A stretch of DNA of 64,000 nt from Octopus sinensis (lineage: Eukaryota). A program made the position numbers and the translations under genes. Each line of letters opens with the position of its first letter. Position 1 is the stretch's first letter. This document shows, in pieces, positions 27,300 to 40,688 of this stretch. The notes beneath the pieces were generated by a model. It did not search any database, was not told the origin of the DNA, and saw only the letters and a program-made list of their open reading frames with translations. The stretch is from NCBI RefSeq assembly GCF_006345805.1, contig NC_043007.1:47616001-47680000 (forward strand), given 5' to 3'.

Positions 27300-28275
27300 A
27301 GTGCTGTCGGGACGTGAAGGCAACTTGGAAGCTCGCTATACAATAAAGTTTTTCTGTAAAAGTGGGGAAAACCTCTACAGAAGTTTATGAAATACACTAG
27401 TCTGCTTATGCATTAACTAGCATGTATTATGCATCTAGTTATCACTGACACAAGTGGCTCGAGGGCGTTGGAGAGGACGTGAGAGACGATGAGAGCTGTA
27501 GAAGGGAGATGGACGTGAGAACAACAGAGCTGAATGAGAAAATTCGCAATTTTCCGGATGAAGACCGTCGTATGTCTGTAAAGACAGTAGGCATACAATT
27601 TGGAGTTGGTTTGGCAATTGTACACAGAATTATTCATGAAGATCTGAATATGCACAAAATTTTTGCAAAGTTTGTAACCAGACTAGTAAATGACGGACAG
27701 AAGGAAAAACGCGATGCTGACAGTAGGGAGATGGTTGAGTTCATTACCACCAATCTAAGAGTATTTGAGTCTCTGCTGCCCTGAAACGAAAGCTGGATCT
27801 ACTGTTATGATCCAAATACCAAATAGCAAAGTGCCCAGTGGAAGTATTCTGTTTCCTCCAGACTCAATAAGGTAAGGCAAAGCAAGTCCACTGGGAAACT
27901 CATGACCTTTTTTTTTTCTACAGCAAGGACATCATCTATATCTGCTTGGTTATCTCGGGCCAGACGACCAACAAAGAGTACTTTGTGAAGGTTTTGAGGG
28001 AGTTCAGGAAGAGATTTCCTCAAAAATGACCAGAGCTCTTCCACTCGAGTCAGTGGCATTTGCACCAAGACAATGCCCCTGTCCACAGTTCCATCCTACT
28101 AACCAACTGCTCGTCAAGGATGAGCATCAAAACTGTTCTTTACCCTCCCACAGTCCATATCTTCTTCCCTGTGACTTTTTGTTGTTCTCCAAACCAAAGG
28201 ACAACTTCAGGAGTAATCGTTTTGAAGACATTGAGATGAAGAAGGCTGTGACAAGGGTTCTGGACACCTTTGGGT
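27300..28275 (+). mobile_element. Second mariner transposase remnant (irritans-like), heavily decayed
   Basis: VHRIIHEDLNMHKIFAKFVTRL, ESWIYCYDP, KVRQSKSTGKLM, QDNAPVH, PHSPYLLPCDFLLF. Confidence 0.8.
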
Positions 28276-28689
28276 GGGGCTTGAGTCAGAGGATCTTAAT
28301 TTCAAGAAGATTAGAGTTTTGTACTTCTTCGAAATTAATAATGACTCTCTTGAAAAAAGTCTCAAAACTTCTGGAGTGAATCTTGAACTTATGAGGAGAT
28401 GAGAGTACTCGCACACTACAGACTGCTGCTTGTAATTGCTCTGTATAATGTTCGCTATATAGAGTCTGTTGTGTATACACAAAGAGTAAAACGGTAAAGA
28501 CAATATGTGAAAGATTTTTACAAAACTTTCGAACTGTTATTCAGATAGAGTTTTTGTTTATGTAAATTTTTGAGAATGAGGCGTTTCCCTGTTCTGCAAA
28601 TATCAAGAGTTTTGTTTCTATTTTTGCAAGACTTTAATGTTTCAATAATCATATTTGATGTTGTAAGTGGAAGCTTTTTTTCCTTTCAC

Positions 28690-28880
28690 TGCTAGAAAAA
28701 ATATTTCCAATTACAACATCAAATGGAAGATTATTGAAAGATCAAAGTCTTATGAAGATAAAAGATGTGATCTTTGCACTGTGATGAAATACTTGATCTT
28801 CAAAAATCTACATAACTATGATTTCTTTTTTGGATACCAGATCGAAAATATTCAGGAAGTGCAAATAGTTTGAGCAAACT
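28690..28880 (+). mobile_element. Penelope-like element C-terminal (post GIY-YIG) fragment
   Basis: YNIKWKIIERSKSYEDKRCDLC...KYLIF, same pattern as 50555-50755. Confidence 0.55.
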
Positions 28881-29319
28881 ACGTTATGTATCTGAGCCGT
28901 AGCATCTTTACCTGATTAACTTCACTCAAATACACGCATACACGGGCGCACACACACACACGCACACACATACACACACATATACATACACACACATACA
29001 TATATTTGTGTGTGTGTGTGAGTGTACAATTTTATTTATCCATCGCCTTACTTTGTATCTCCTTTCGCTTAAATATTTTTGGTAAACCATAAGCGTTAAA
29101 GGTTTGAGGTTCAAACAAGCTTGGTGGGAAATGAGTTATGATGGTTTGAAACCAGATTACTGAGCTGCTTCTGAATGCAATATTCTGTATTTGTATGTAT
29201 TTCAGCGAAATCCTGATAATATTTGGCGTGCATTATCACAATAGCACCGCTCTTACAAAATGCAATAAAGGAACAAGGTCAGTGAATGCATAAAGCATTA
29301 TAACCAAAAGCTCTAAAAC

Positions 29320-29990
29320 TTATACTTATCATAGATGGTCCAGCAGGTCTTACCCATTGCCTAAGTAATTTTGCTAAGATCCTTTCGAAACCACTGTGTG
29401 CTCACATACCGAGTTTCATTTGGGATAGCATTGTCATCTTCTTATCTCATTTACCAAACACAGCAGAACCGAATTCGTTGTTGGTTAGTTTTGATGTATC
29501 AAGCCGCTGCAGAAATATTCCACAAGATTTAGAAATAACGGCAAATAAATATTGGGTTGAAGAACATAAATAAGCGATCCCCAGTAGTCTCACCATAGAC
29601 TTTATATTAGACGCTGTCAGTCCTGTTCTTGAGAATAACACATTTTACAGTGAGAAAACTTATTCTCAAATCAGAGGTACGTCGATGAAATCCAAGTTTG
29701 CTCTGCTTTATGCAAACTCAGAAATGAAATACATGGAACAAAAATTGATCAAAGTGAAGAGGGAAACTATGGCATTGACATTAGAAGCTATACAGACGGC
29801 AAGTGCAAAAATACTCTGACGATTGTTTCCTGATTTGAACAGCATTTACAGATATTTTGAAGAATTCAGTGTCCCTCTTCGAACAATTCACATTCAGCTT
29901 CGAAGCTCACAAAGGTGATAAATAATGCAAAAATACAATTTCTGTATATGATTGTATTTAGAAATGGTACCTACATCACAACAGATATAT
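29320..29990 (+). mobile_element. Penelope-like reverse transcriptase fragment (decayed)
   Basis: Frame-joined reading LSKPLCAHIPSFIWDS, LLVSFDVSS..NIP, VLENNTF, YSQIRGTSMKSKFALLYAN, YSDDCFLI: PLE RT motifs. Confidence 0.75.
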
Positions 29991-30557
29991 AGTAAAAAGA
30001 CTCAAATACGCATCAGTACACGAACATATATATATATGTGTGTGTGTGTGTGCGCGCGCGCGTGTGCGTGTGTGTGTGTGTGTGTGTGTACGTATGTGTG
30101 TGTACATATCTGTGTGTGCATATATGTATATACATATGTATATGTATATATACAGTGTGTGTGTGTATGTGTGTGTGTGTGTATGTGTGTGTGCAAGGCT
30201 TCTTAATTTTAAATAACAGTCTTAAAGATCGAAAATTATAAAATAGGGAAACATGACAAGAAAACAAAAAATAGTAAAATATCCTTTAAACATTTAAGAT
30301 CAAAATTCAGATAAAAAAATTATAAAATAAAGTTTTAAAATGTAATAGCTTTTAAACATTTATTAAAAAATGAAAGTTATGAAATTGTGAGTGCGAAGTC
30401 TTCAGTGTGTTCCCCTTCGTATATGTGAACAATATCTGTTTACATTATATGAATTTTGAAACTTCGAGCGATGTGAAATGAAATATATTTACCGTTAAAA
30501 ATAATTTACTTCATTTCTTTCTAAATCCATATAAAATTAACGTCTTACAGTTCTCAC

Positions 30558-30825
30558 CTGTACGAATACATGATAGTTTCTAAAATAGATGGAGTAACTT
30601 CAAATGGCTGTTTTGGTATAACAGTTAGCGCAGATGTCATGTTTACCTACGATGTGAGTTCGAATTCACTGGCAGCCTTTTCTTTTTTTAACCAATGCTC
30701 TACACGCTGTCATTATAGCTTTATGTCCTTTGAGTTCCAACGTTTAAAATAATTTACTTACCATTAATTTTTTCATTTCTTTATAATCATAAAACAATAA
30801 TGTCGCGACAGTGAAAGTTAGACTG
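30558..30825 (-). other. Candidate pair of small coding exons (30762-30825, 30558-30607) of an unidentified host gene
   Basis: Both have AG/GT boundaries (ATG|GTAAGT, CAG|GTGAGA; CTAAC branch-like site) and join in frame as SLTFTVATLLFYDYKEMKKLM-PFEVTPSILETIMYSYR. No expression or homology evidence. Confidence 0.25.
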
Positions 30826-31601
30826 CTGTTGTGAAGTGACAAAGAAGTTAATCAAAATTTGAAGGCAGGAAGTAGGAGAAGAGGTGTCCACAGTGAATGA
30901 AGTCTTATGACGAGGGTATTAAGCAAAGATTGTATCCAAAACTAACAATAAAAAAATACTTTCTTAAAATGTATTAAACTGGAATTTTTTATCTTTTTTT
31001 CAGAAAACTATTGAATTTTAACATAGAAAACATTTAGCCAAAGGTAAACCGCTTTGTGTGTTTCGAAACTTCCAGCTGTGACATATAAACATATCTTTTC
31101 ATAATTCATCGTATTGAAGTGAAGTGTAGTATTCAACATCGAAGATCTAACTGTTTTTTCAAAAAATTACATCACTTGAAATGGAAGATAATAACTACCA
31201 CACTTTATAGACGTTTCACTACCATTTCAAGTCAATTATATTTGAGATGGTGAGGAAGTTGAGAGAGACGAAAAAATAGAATTCATCTTTCTATAATTTT
31301 TTCATCCTTAACATAGAATCCATAGAAAATTTGAAAAAAATATTTTAAGACTTAAATTGAAACTTTTATAATTTATAATTAATAAAAAATGTTCGATCTG
31401 TGTTTCTGCCTAAATACAGTGTAATACATACGTATTCACGTGTGTCCATGCGTGAGTTTATGTACATATGCATGCGTGTATACAACCTCTTCTTATCTCT
31501 CCCAGATGCTTTGGCTAACATTATCTCACCTAAGAATCCCACCTCCTTGTAACCTATAAATCTATTGTTTTTTCTGCAGTTTTTATTTCTTCTTCTTCTT
31601 C

Positions 31602-31667
<66 letters not shown>

Positions 31668-32443
31668 TTATATGGCCGAGAGTTCAAGAATTTTGCGTTT
31701 CACATTCAATCCCACTACAGGTATCTTGGATCCAATGTCATTTGCCATAACCTCGTATCAACTAGTACCTTGTCAGTGAAATTGATTGTGTGGAAACTAT
31801 GTGGGAACGCATCAGGTGGACAGTAACTGATTACTGAAAGATCCCAGCTTTGTCAAAAATTTTGTTACAAGAAATTTTGGCGCAAGAATTATACCAAGGG
31901 TACACATAACGGTGAACTACTCTCATGCATTCATGAACAGGTAGTTGACTGTACACATGGATGGTGTTCGTCGACATTGACATAGTATTCCTCATCCTTA
32001 TGTTGTTCAGTTGACGATCCAACTTGGCCGCCACTCTCACATGGCCAACGGAGGCTTTTGGCTTTTAGTCCACACTCTAACAAACCGAATTTTCAGACAG
32101 AGAATAACTTTGATGTTTAGAGGTGCATTACTCCCTATTACAGCAACTCATGGTGATTTTTTTCCTCCTTTCTCCAATCTTCGAGGCTCTGTAAAAGTTG
32201 GCTTGCTCTGTTTCTTCTGACTGGATTATACATAAAAATAAAGACAATCTTTACAGACTCTTCTACTTTCCTCAGACAATTTTTTTTCTTAGTATTAAAA
32301 ATCTTGACATTTAGCCGATAATGAAGGTAGTTTTGGTACAGATTTTGTCTGCAATTAAAAATTGAATGGTAACAAGGTCAGAAACTGGGACATCAATTCC
32401 TGGATCTGCAACTTGAATTCATCAGGAATCCAGTTCACCTGAC

Positions 32444-32697
32444 ACAGTGGTTAGGGTCCATATGACCCTTGGGGATCCAAACAATATTAAAATTATGTTA
32501 AAATTTATGTGCAATAAATTGGTTATACTTCTAGGATATACAAAATACTTTAACAATATTTTATACAATTCTTAATAATATTTGATTATAAAAATATAAT
32601 AAAAATGTTTTAGACACCAAATGGCTATGAGGATCCATCTTCGTAACAATGGGATCAAAGGGGACCACAGGTAAAAAAAAATGGTTGAGAAACAGGT
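32444..32697. mobile_element. Degenerate hAT-like MITE
   Basis: Starts CAGTGGTT and ends AAAATGGTTGAGAAAC around an AT-rich core, as in hAT MITE termini; TIR match imperfect. Confidence 0.35.
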
Positions 32698-32964
32698 AGT
32701 ATCTGACAGGTGGTACCCAGGCCTGGGAATGTGATCTGTGATAAACTAAGCTACCGTCCAAGATAGATTTTTGTCTTTCATTAGCTATAAAAATTAATCT
32801 GTTTTAACAAGAAGAATGAGGGAATCTGTTATAATACGGTATAAAGAAACATATATGTAAAATTTCAGCAACAGGTCCTAATTTTGAAAAAATAAACATT
32901 TCAAACATAATGCGTAAATTTATTTTCCCATAGGTACAAGCATAGCTGTATAGGTGCAGGCAGA

Positions 32965-33548
32965 CGTGGCAGTGTGGTTAAGAAGCTGATGTCACAGCCA
33001 CATGACTTTGGTTTCAGTCCCACTTTACAGCACCTTGGACAAGTGTCTTCTATAGCTTTGGGATGACCATTGTCTTGTGAGTGAATTGGTAGACAGAAAC
33101 TATGTGGAAGCCCTCATATATATAGAAATATATATATATATATTATATATATATATATATATAATATATATATATATATATAGACGCAGGTGTGGTAAGA
33201 AGCTTGCTTCCCAACTACATGGCTTCAGATTCAGTCACACTGCGTGGCACCTGGGGCAGGTGTTTTCTACTATAGCTTCGTGCCGACCAAAGCCTTTTGA
33301 GTATATTTGGTAGATGGAAACTGAAAGAAGCATGTCGTATGTGTGTGTGTGTGTGTGTCTGTGTGTGCGTGTATGTGCATATGTGTGTGGCATTAGGAAG
33401 TGCATCCAGCTGTAGAAACCATGCCAAATCGGACTGGAGTCTGGTGCAGCCTTGCCAGCCCTGGTCAAACCGTCCAACCCATGCCAGCATGGACAACGAA
33501 CGTTAAATGATGATGGTGATGATATATATATATATATTATATATATAT

Positions 33549-33584
<36 letters not shown>

Positions 33585-33814
33585 CAGATATATGCATGCA
33601 TGCATATATTTATGTGTGTACGTCTGTGTTTGTACCCCCGTCATTGCTTGATAATCAATGCTGGTGTACTGTAAATTAGTGGTTCGGCAAAAGAGACTAA
33701 TAGAATAAGTACTAGATTTACAAATAAGTCCTGGGGTCGATTTCTTCGACCGACACCCTTTAAGACGTTGCTCCAGCATAGCAACAGACAAATAACTGAA
33801 ACAAGTAAAAGAAT
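32965..33814 (+). mobile_element. Two adjacent SINE family A copies; the second carries a nested RTE-type tail (about 33390-33520)
   Basis: Heads at about 32965 and 33183. The nested segment ends GCCAGCATGGACAACGAACGTTAAATGATGATG. Family-A tail GAAACAAGTAAAAGAA at about 33800. Confidence 0.8.
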
Positions 33815-34149
33815 TCACCTATGGATGCCGACGTATTTCTGAATATTGTTTCTCATCTACGTATATCCAGAGTTGATCCTACTGTGCTGTTTACTGGGCA
33901 AATCTCTTTTACCACGACTGCCAGTCGAACAATACATTGAGAGTGAAATGAGCTTAGGTTTATATCTAACGTACGGGGAAAGTGTATTTTACTTTTTGTA
34001 ACTAGCATTGGATAGAAGTTTTATTGAAAAAAGGTAGCAGAATGTGGTTAGAGAAGGAAAGATTTGAGATAAACATATATAACATTTCATGAACTAGTAA
34101 CGAAAGACGCAAAATAACTAAGATAAATCCTGGAATAGTTCGAAAAAAT

Positions 34150-34700
34150 GTCAGATAAATCCAGGAATTGGTTCAGCAAAAGCGATTTAAAAATTGAAAG
34201 CAAAGAGCAGGCTTTTAGCACCGCAATATCAAGCATCCAACACCATCTCTGTGTATGAATATATTTATCGGTTGAGAGACATTAACGAAAATTTTGTGAC
34301 GAGAAAACAAAGAGTCTATTATAAATAGCCAATGATCGGAAAAACATGGGAACCCAAAACATATCATTGATATTGCCATAAAAAATTATGCTTGAACCTC
34401 GATAGGAAGCAGCAGTAAATATCTGTGGGAGTATTAAGTAGTTGAAAAACATCTGGAAAGAGGCATGGCTGAAAGACTTTAGAACCTTTCATACTTTGAT
34501 TTTCGAAGTGAAAACTAATGAATGTGTTATAATAGCTTATATAGATTAAAAGAGCAATGATATTGCTCATAAGGAATTGTAGAAGATTGATAGCTTTTTT
34601 CGGAATATTATAGGGGAGAAATGTTTTGATACCATTAGGTAGTTGGAGCCCTCGATTCTGTTTTGAACACTCTTCCATTCTCATTTCAGACAATTAGAAA
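34150..34700 (+). mobile_element. Highly decayed R4/Dong C-terminal fragment
   Basis: WFSKSDLKIES, YH*YCHKKLCLNLDR and VVGAL occur in the order expected for the R4/Dong RLE region. Confidence 0.45.
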
Positions 34701-35049
34701 TAAAATTGAGCATTAAATATCTGTATTGTTTTCAACTACTATGGTTTCACGGAAATAATTTGCAGAATGCAGAGTTCAAATCAGTTACAAATTATTTATA
34801 AATATATGTGTGCATGTGTGTGTGTGTGTGTGTGTACACTCGTATGTGTATATATGCTTGTGTATGATAAACGATTGTCCTTAACAAAAAGAATGTAATA
34901 CACCCTAAAAAAGGATAAAGATTTAATATACACATACAGGCAACATTTCCATTATCCCCACAAAAAGATGAGTAGCTAACGCTTAAGTAGGGTCAGAATA
35001 CCTCAGTGCTCCGCTCATCTTCTTCTCCAAGCATTCTCTGCGACTGGAA

Positions 35050-36370
35050 CTTCCTAAATTCCTCATGCACATTCCTGGCATTAGCCAAGCCGTGAAGTGT
35101 CCCTTATTATAGTGTTCTAATTTGGGATGTAATTTATCAGTTTCATTAGGCCATGCTCAAGATCTTACACTCCGTTAGGAGAGGTTAGGAAAGAAAATAG
35201 CTATGGTCCACTACATCTTCTTTCTTTCATTTTCTCATTTTCGTGCAGTCTTTATTTCACTCCTATCATCACAATACGATGGCGTAGAACTACTTACTCG
35301 ATGCCTCCGATTGAACCTATCCTACGTATGCTAACCTGCATGGACTTGCCTCTCCGAATATTATCCACAAGTGCACCCGTTTTTTCTTAGCGTTGACCAC
35401 CTCAATTTTCGAAATTCTAGACATCTTGACATTGACATTATCTGTACATGCAGAAATGTCTCTCATGTGTGCCAATTCGAGTGTGGTATCCCTCAACACT
35501 TCTAATAGTAACTTAAAAGTTTCAAAAACATTGGAGGGAGGAAGGTGTCATAATCAAAAATTTGCAGAGCCTCCTCAAAGAGGAACTTTGTCCTGCAAAC
35601 GAATACGCGGGAAGTACGGAGACACTTCATGTGGAAATTATTGAGTTGTCTCGCAAACCATCAATTTTGTGGTGAAGTTTAATTTCCCTGCGCTCTTGCA
35701 CATTATTCTCCCTGGGGAAAAAGTTTGACGTTTCTTATCTCAAAGAGCAGACACTTTCACCTAACCTAGACCCGAACTGCAGAAGGGTTCAAAACGAATC
35801 AAGACAAAACAGGCATTGAGAAACAGTGGGCGTCTTTCATTAACAGCCTACAGGAGTGACCTTGAACACGTCGGACCAGCCATTCGATGTCACAATGACT
35901 GGTTCGACGAGAATGACGACGGAGAGCCATGATTTACATGCTGAAAAGACTAGATGTTTCTGATCACATCAGATTGATCCGTCATTATAAGTTAAGACGG
36001 TAGTCTTCAATCAGATCTTTCATCAATGCAAGACTCCTAACACAGCACAATGGTAGATGAGATTCAGTTGTGCGAACAAACGGGTCCTAAAGTGAATCTA
36101 CGTTGCACTGAGTATTATCTATGCTCCACCGTCCTCCAGATCACCCCGCTTCAGCACTGATGGCCAAACATTGCACACAAGGAAAAAAAACCTGCTCAGT
36201 CGACCATCTTCAATCAATACAAATATTATTGCCTATGAGCCATACTTTCAAATTCCCAGTCGCATCGCTTTTGATACAGATACCATTCCTTCAAGTACAG
36301 CAATACAGTTTGATTTCTTCCAGTCAGTGTGCAACGAAGGAAACTCCACCACTACTACCACCCTGCTACC
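35050..36370 (+). mobile_element. Decayed RTE-clade LINE fragment (APE end to RT start)
   Basis: CHNDWFDEND, STDGQTLHTRKKNLLSR and FQSVCN match the RTE linker pattern (QDWFDEND...DGQTLLT...SRWAEHF). Confidence 0.6.
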
Positions 36371-38077
36371 GATCTTTTGTTGATAATGATATCCACTTTG
36401 TTACATCTCGACGACGGCGACGATGATCAGATCATTATTTCTTAATTAGATATGAATGAACAGAACTCTGGGATTTCTGATCATCCAATCTGGAAATGTC
36501 TATCGTCACATTACTATGCTGGTGATGATCGTGATAATGATGGTGAAGATGACAAGGACGGTGGCGTCGATGATGACTACGATGATGATGATGATCATGA
36601 CAATGAAGACGACTGCGACGACGACGACGTTGATGATGATGATGATGTACCTTTATTTGGGCAACAGGTAAACAAAGGTCGAAGAATACAGAATGACTTG
36701 CTAACTGCGCAGTTAAATAAATATGGTTTTACTAATTGCTTTACTAATTACTTATCTCAAACCTAATTATTCCGCTAACTACGTTTCTCTTCCTCTTTAA
36801 CATAGTTTTATTCAAACCAATGAGCATGTTAACACGAAAATCTCACTGAAGTTTCTCTTCACAGTACTTGAAAGAGAATATACTGAATAATTATGAGACC
36901 TGCTGATGGAAGAATCGATATATTGTCGAAATACCTGCTGAAGAACAGAAGGTTCAAGTGAAGCAACTAGCTACGTGCTGTGAATGTGTTACAGATATTT
37001 TACACTCAGAGACGCAGTGGCCTAACCGACTTTCGTTGCCTGCATTGTTTATTAAAATGCTAACGACAGATTCCTGTGGTGTAAAATATGCCACATGGTG
37101 GAAAGAAGAAGGTAAAAATAGGTGAGAGAGGTCCAAACGAACGCTACTGGCATGCACTCACGCTTACACACACATGAATGCTACTGGCATGCATAAAAAC
37201 ACACTCAGTGATACAACAATTGCGGAGTGTATATGTGTGTTTGAGAGAGTGGGGTATGCATATATGGATCCTGCCATTAGCTTTTGTGTGTGTGTGTGTC
37301 TGTGTGTGTGTGTGTGTGCACGTGTGTGTGTGTGCATGTATTGACGGAGCTCCCCAATTATCTGTACATCAATAACCGTGTTCCTAACTTTCTTCGTAAA
37401 ATATATGCAATGGTATATCACAGATATAGGTGTTACCAACTATGTAATATCAAGTGCTTCTTAAATTATTTTATAATCGAAACGGAGGTCAATGCGTTAC
37501 GGTATACAATGACTATAGAGCTCGAAAGAAAGACTGAAATCGAAAGAGGCAGAGAAGATACAGAGAATGATGAGGAAAGTGGCAGAGAGAAAAAAATAAG
37601 AATTGAGAATAAAGAAAGGAGAATAGGGAACAATGAGAAGCATTAACTCGGAATGCAATTAATGCAAGAAATTCAGCTAGAAGTTGTTATATGACGAACG
37701 ACGAAGATTAAGCTCATGGGAATTATTAATCAAGAAAGACGGCATCTTGCTTCAAGTTCCTCAAACTCACATCTACAACTTTATTGGTATATTTACACTC
37801 TCTAAGATGTTACTAATTGATTTGAGAAGTTTACATTATTGGAAAACCTATATGAAATTAGCTGAAGATTACTTGACATATTATATTTGCTGCAATATTT
37901 GCAGCTTTAATAAATTGTTATAGTATGAAACAATTGTACTAAATTACCGGATCCATTCTTGTTGCTTATTTTTTGGTTATAATCACCCCACATAATTTTA
38001 TGGGTAATACCATAAAAAAAATTCTGGTGCATCTAAATTAAGTACCATATTCATTTGATCTAAATTGTTTTGCTGAA

Positions 38078-38121
<44 letters not shown>

Positions 38122-38128
<7 letters not shown>

Positions 38129-38464
38129 GAAAGAAGATTTGAAAATGCAATTTAAAAGATGTTTATTACTTTACCGGTTTCACTCTTTGGAAAAAGATTG
38201 TCAAAAGTAACATGTGGAAGTTTGGTTGCGTTAATTATTGGTTGTTGCAAATTGCTACATTACATATATATATACAGTCTTTGGTAACAGGGACATGTTA
38301 CCAAAGACTGTATATATATATGTAATGTAGGAATTTGCAACAACCAATAATTAACGCAACCAAACTTCCACATGTTACTTTTGACAATCTTTTTCCAAAG
38401 AGTGAAACCGGTAAAGTAAATAAACATCTTTTAAATTGCATTTTCAAACCTTCTTTCGTATATA
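38122..38464. repeat. About 168-bp inverted repeat with 6-nt loop; each arm contains a decayed hammerhead
   Basis: 38122-38289 vs 38296-38464: two substitutions and one 1-bp indel; loop GGGACA. The right arm has ttactt-TTGACAA-...-GAAAC-CG-GTA-aagtaa at 38375-38419. Confidence 0.93.
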
Positions 38465-38499
38465 ATTCCACTCGTGCGGTACCCCACAACTCCACTTTG

Positions 38500-38573
<74 letters not shown>

Positions 38574-38805
38574 ATATGAGGGGTTTAGCTCACTAGTGAT
38601 CTAAACGAATAGGCACGCTGAGTAAGTACTATAATTGGTCATCCGTTAGGTTCTAGGTTCACAGCTGGGGCTGGAGCTAGGGATCCGTATTAGGCTTCAT
38701 TATTAGCAAGTGTGTATTATATTAGTGGGAAAAGGACAACAAACACCAAGCACCAAGGCAGGACGAGTATCTCAAGTCACTTAGAATAATTTAGTGAATT
38801 TAAAG

Positions 38806-38879
38806 TCTTACACCTGTTTCTTGGATATCCCAAGTGATAGGCTAGCATATCTGTGCACTGAGTATTCCTTCATCAGAGA
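38806..38879 (-). ncRNA. Hammerhead ribozyme motif with intact core boxes and imperfect stem II
   Basis: tct-CTGATGA-agga...tcc-aa-GAAAC-aggt-GTA-aga on the minus strand. Confidence 0.55.
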
Positions 38880-39363
38880 TAAAGTGAGTATGTATGAAAG
38901 TTCTAGTCAGGGAAATTCACAGTTTATAAGAAATAAACTAGAAGAATAAAGAGTAAAAGTAGATAAAAGAATACAGACAAGAAAATAAAGTTCACAAGTC
39001 ATCTTTTTCTGGAAGGTATGGAGGTTAGTCCTTACTTCCATGAAAGTAGAGGCCCTTGGGTATAACACCATGTAAAACCAGGAAGTGTTTTGGCAGTATT
39101 TTGAATGAAGTGTTCATGATGAAGCAATGGATTAAGTGGTTAGCTAGTATGTAAATGGTCCACATGGGTATATAGAACGAGAATGAATGGATAGAAGAGA
39201 GAGGATAAAGAGAGACAAGTAAAGAATGAGGTAGGTGTGGAAAGAATGAATGAGAGTAAAGTAAAATCAAAAATAAAAATGAAAATAAAAATAAAATATG
39301 TAAAATAAAAAAGAATAATAAAGATAAGATGCCAATTTTCGCTGCATTGACCGATGTTATGAT

Positions 39364-39389
39364 TGTATATATTTATATTTATATGTATG

Positions 39390-39464
<75 letters not shown>

Positions 39465-39488
39465 GTATATATGTATATATATATGTAT

Positions 39489-39572
<84 letters not shown>

Positions 39573-39580
39573 ATGTATGT
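39364..39580. repeat. (TA)n/(TATG) microsatellite
   Basis: Direct reading. Confidence 0.97.
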
Positions 39581-40230
39581 ATCTTGATATATTCAGATTG
39601 AAAACCTGGTCCTGATGTTTACAGCAGGGAGGACTCTAGAAAAGACACCCAAGATTTTGTTCGGAATGTTAAACCGAGGTGGATTAACTCTACCGTATAG
39701 GGAAGGGATTGACTGTAAAGTAATTATCTGTTAAGTAAAAGTGATATGACTTACAGACTTGTATTTATCAAGGAGAAAGTCCCAATTCTTCGGCCAATCA
39801 TATAGCTGGATTCTCTTCAATTTTTGAAGCTGATCGATTCTACAAAGAGAAATAACCGTTCCATTCAATTAGTAAATTCTTCCTTTAGAGACACCTGGTT
39901 ATTGAACAGAACCAACATTAAAAATAACAAATAAGGATACAACTCCCAACAGATGGTTTTCTGCTAGTTAATCAATGCACACGCGCGTGCACGTGCACAC
40001 ACACATGCATATATATATATCCACACATACACGCACGCGCGCACACACACACGTATCTGTGGACGCAATTGAAACAGCATTAAATTAAAATCGCAATCTG
40101 TGTATCATACTAAATATATAAAAACCGTTGAGAGGCATGTTGCTGCAGTTTTTGTCAGAGAGAAGAGCTCTTCATAGACATATTTTAAAAACACAAATTA
40201 TATTGCAGTGAGGCGAACACCGTTGCAGCT

Positions 40231-40297
40231 GTGACTTACGAGAGCTACAGACGCGTTTCACCCTAATTGGAGCTTGTCGATGCTGAGCTCTCGTCAC
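40231..40297 (-). ncRNA. Decayed hammerhead motif in an extended hairpin
   Basis: gtgac-gagagct-ca-gca-TCGACAA-gctccaattagggt-GAAAC-GC-GTC-tgt-agctctc-gtaa-gtcac. Stems are retained; the first core box is mutated. Confidence 0.6.
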
Positions 40298-40644
40298 TTG
40301 CTAAGACGAAATTCGTGCTTTGACATATAAGAAGCGGTGAATACCACATTCACTGGTAACGCAGAAAGTTTGCCGAGCTGCAAAAACTCAGTTAACGCAA
40401 TAAATATATGACATACGAAATATATGTACACCATTGAAAAGCATGATTCCACCATTTTTGCCTGAAAGAAAATTTCATCGTAAATATACATATATAAATG
40501 TATGTATGTATGTATGTATGTATGTATGTGTGTATGTATGTATGTATGTATGTATGCATGTATTTACCAATCAAAACAATTAAAGTTTGAGACCTGACAG
40601 CCAGTTTCGCTTGATTCTTTGCATCCAGTTCGTATAGCATATAG

Positions 40645-40688
<44 letters not shown>

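Noticed and set aside
26820-30640. Shared PKQPF peptide between two candidate exons
   Set aside because: In one case it spans a predicted intron boundary and in the other it precedes a stop; probably coincidence.
30906-30955. ATGACGA-GGGTAT...GTATCC-AAAAC hammerhead-like pattern
   Set aside because: Both core boxes are mutated and there are no convincing stems I and III; could be chance.
36900-36945. CTGATGG...GTCGAAATAC pattern
   Set aside because: Stem II cannot be placed adjacent to the core boxes.
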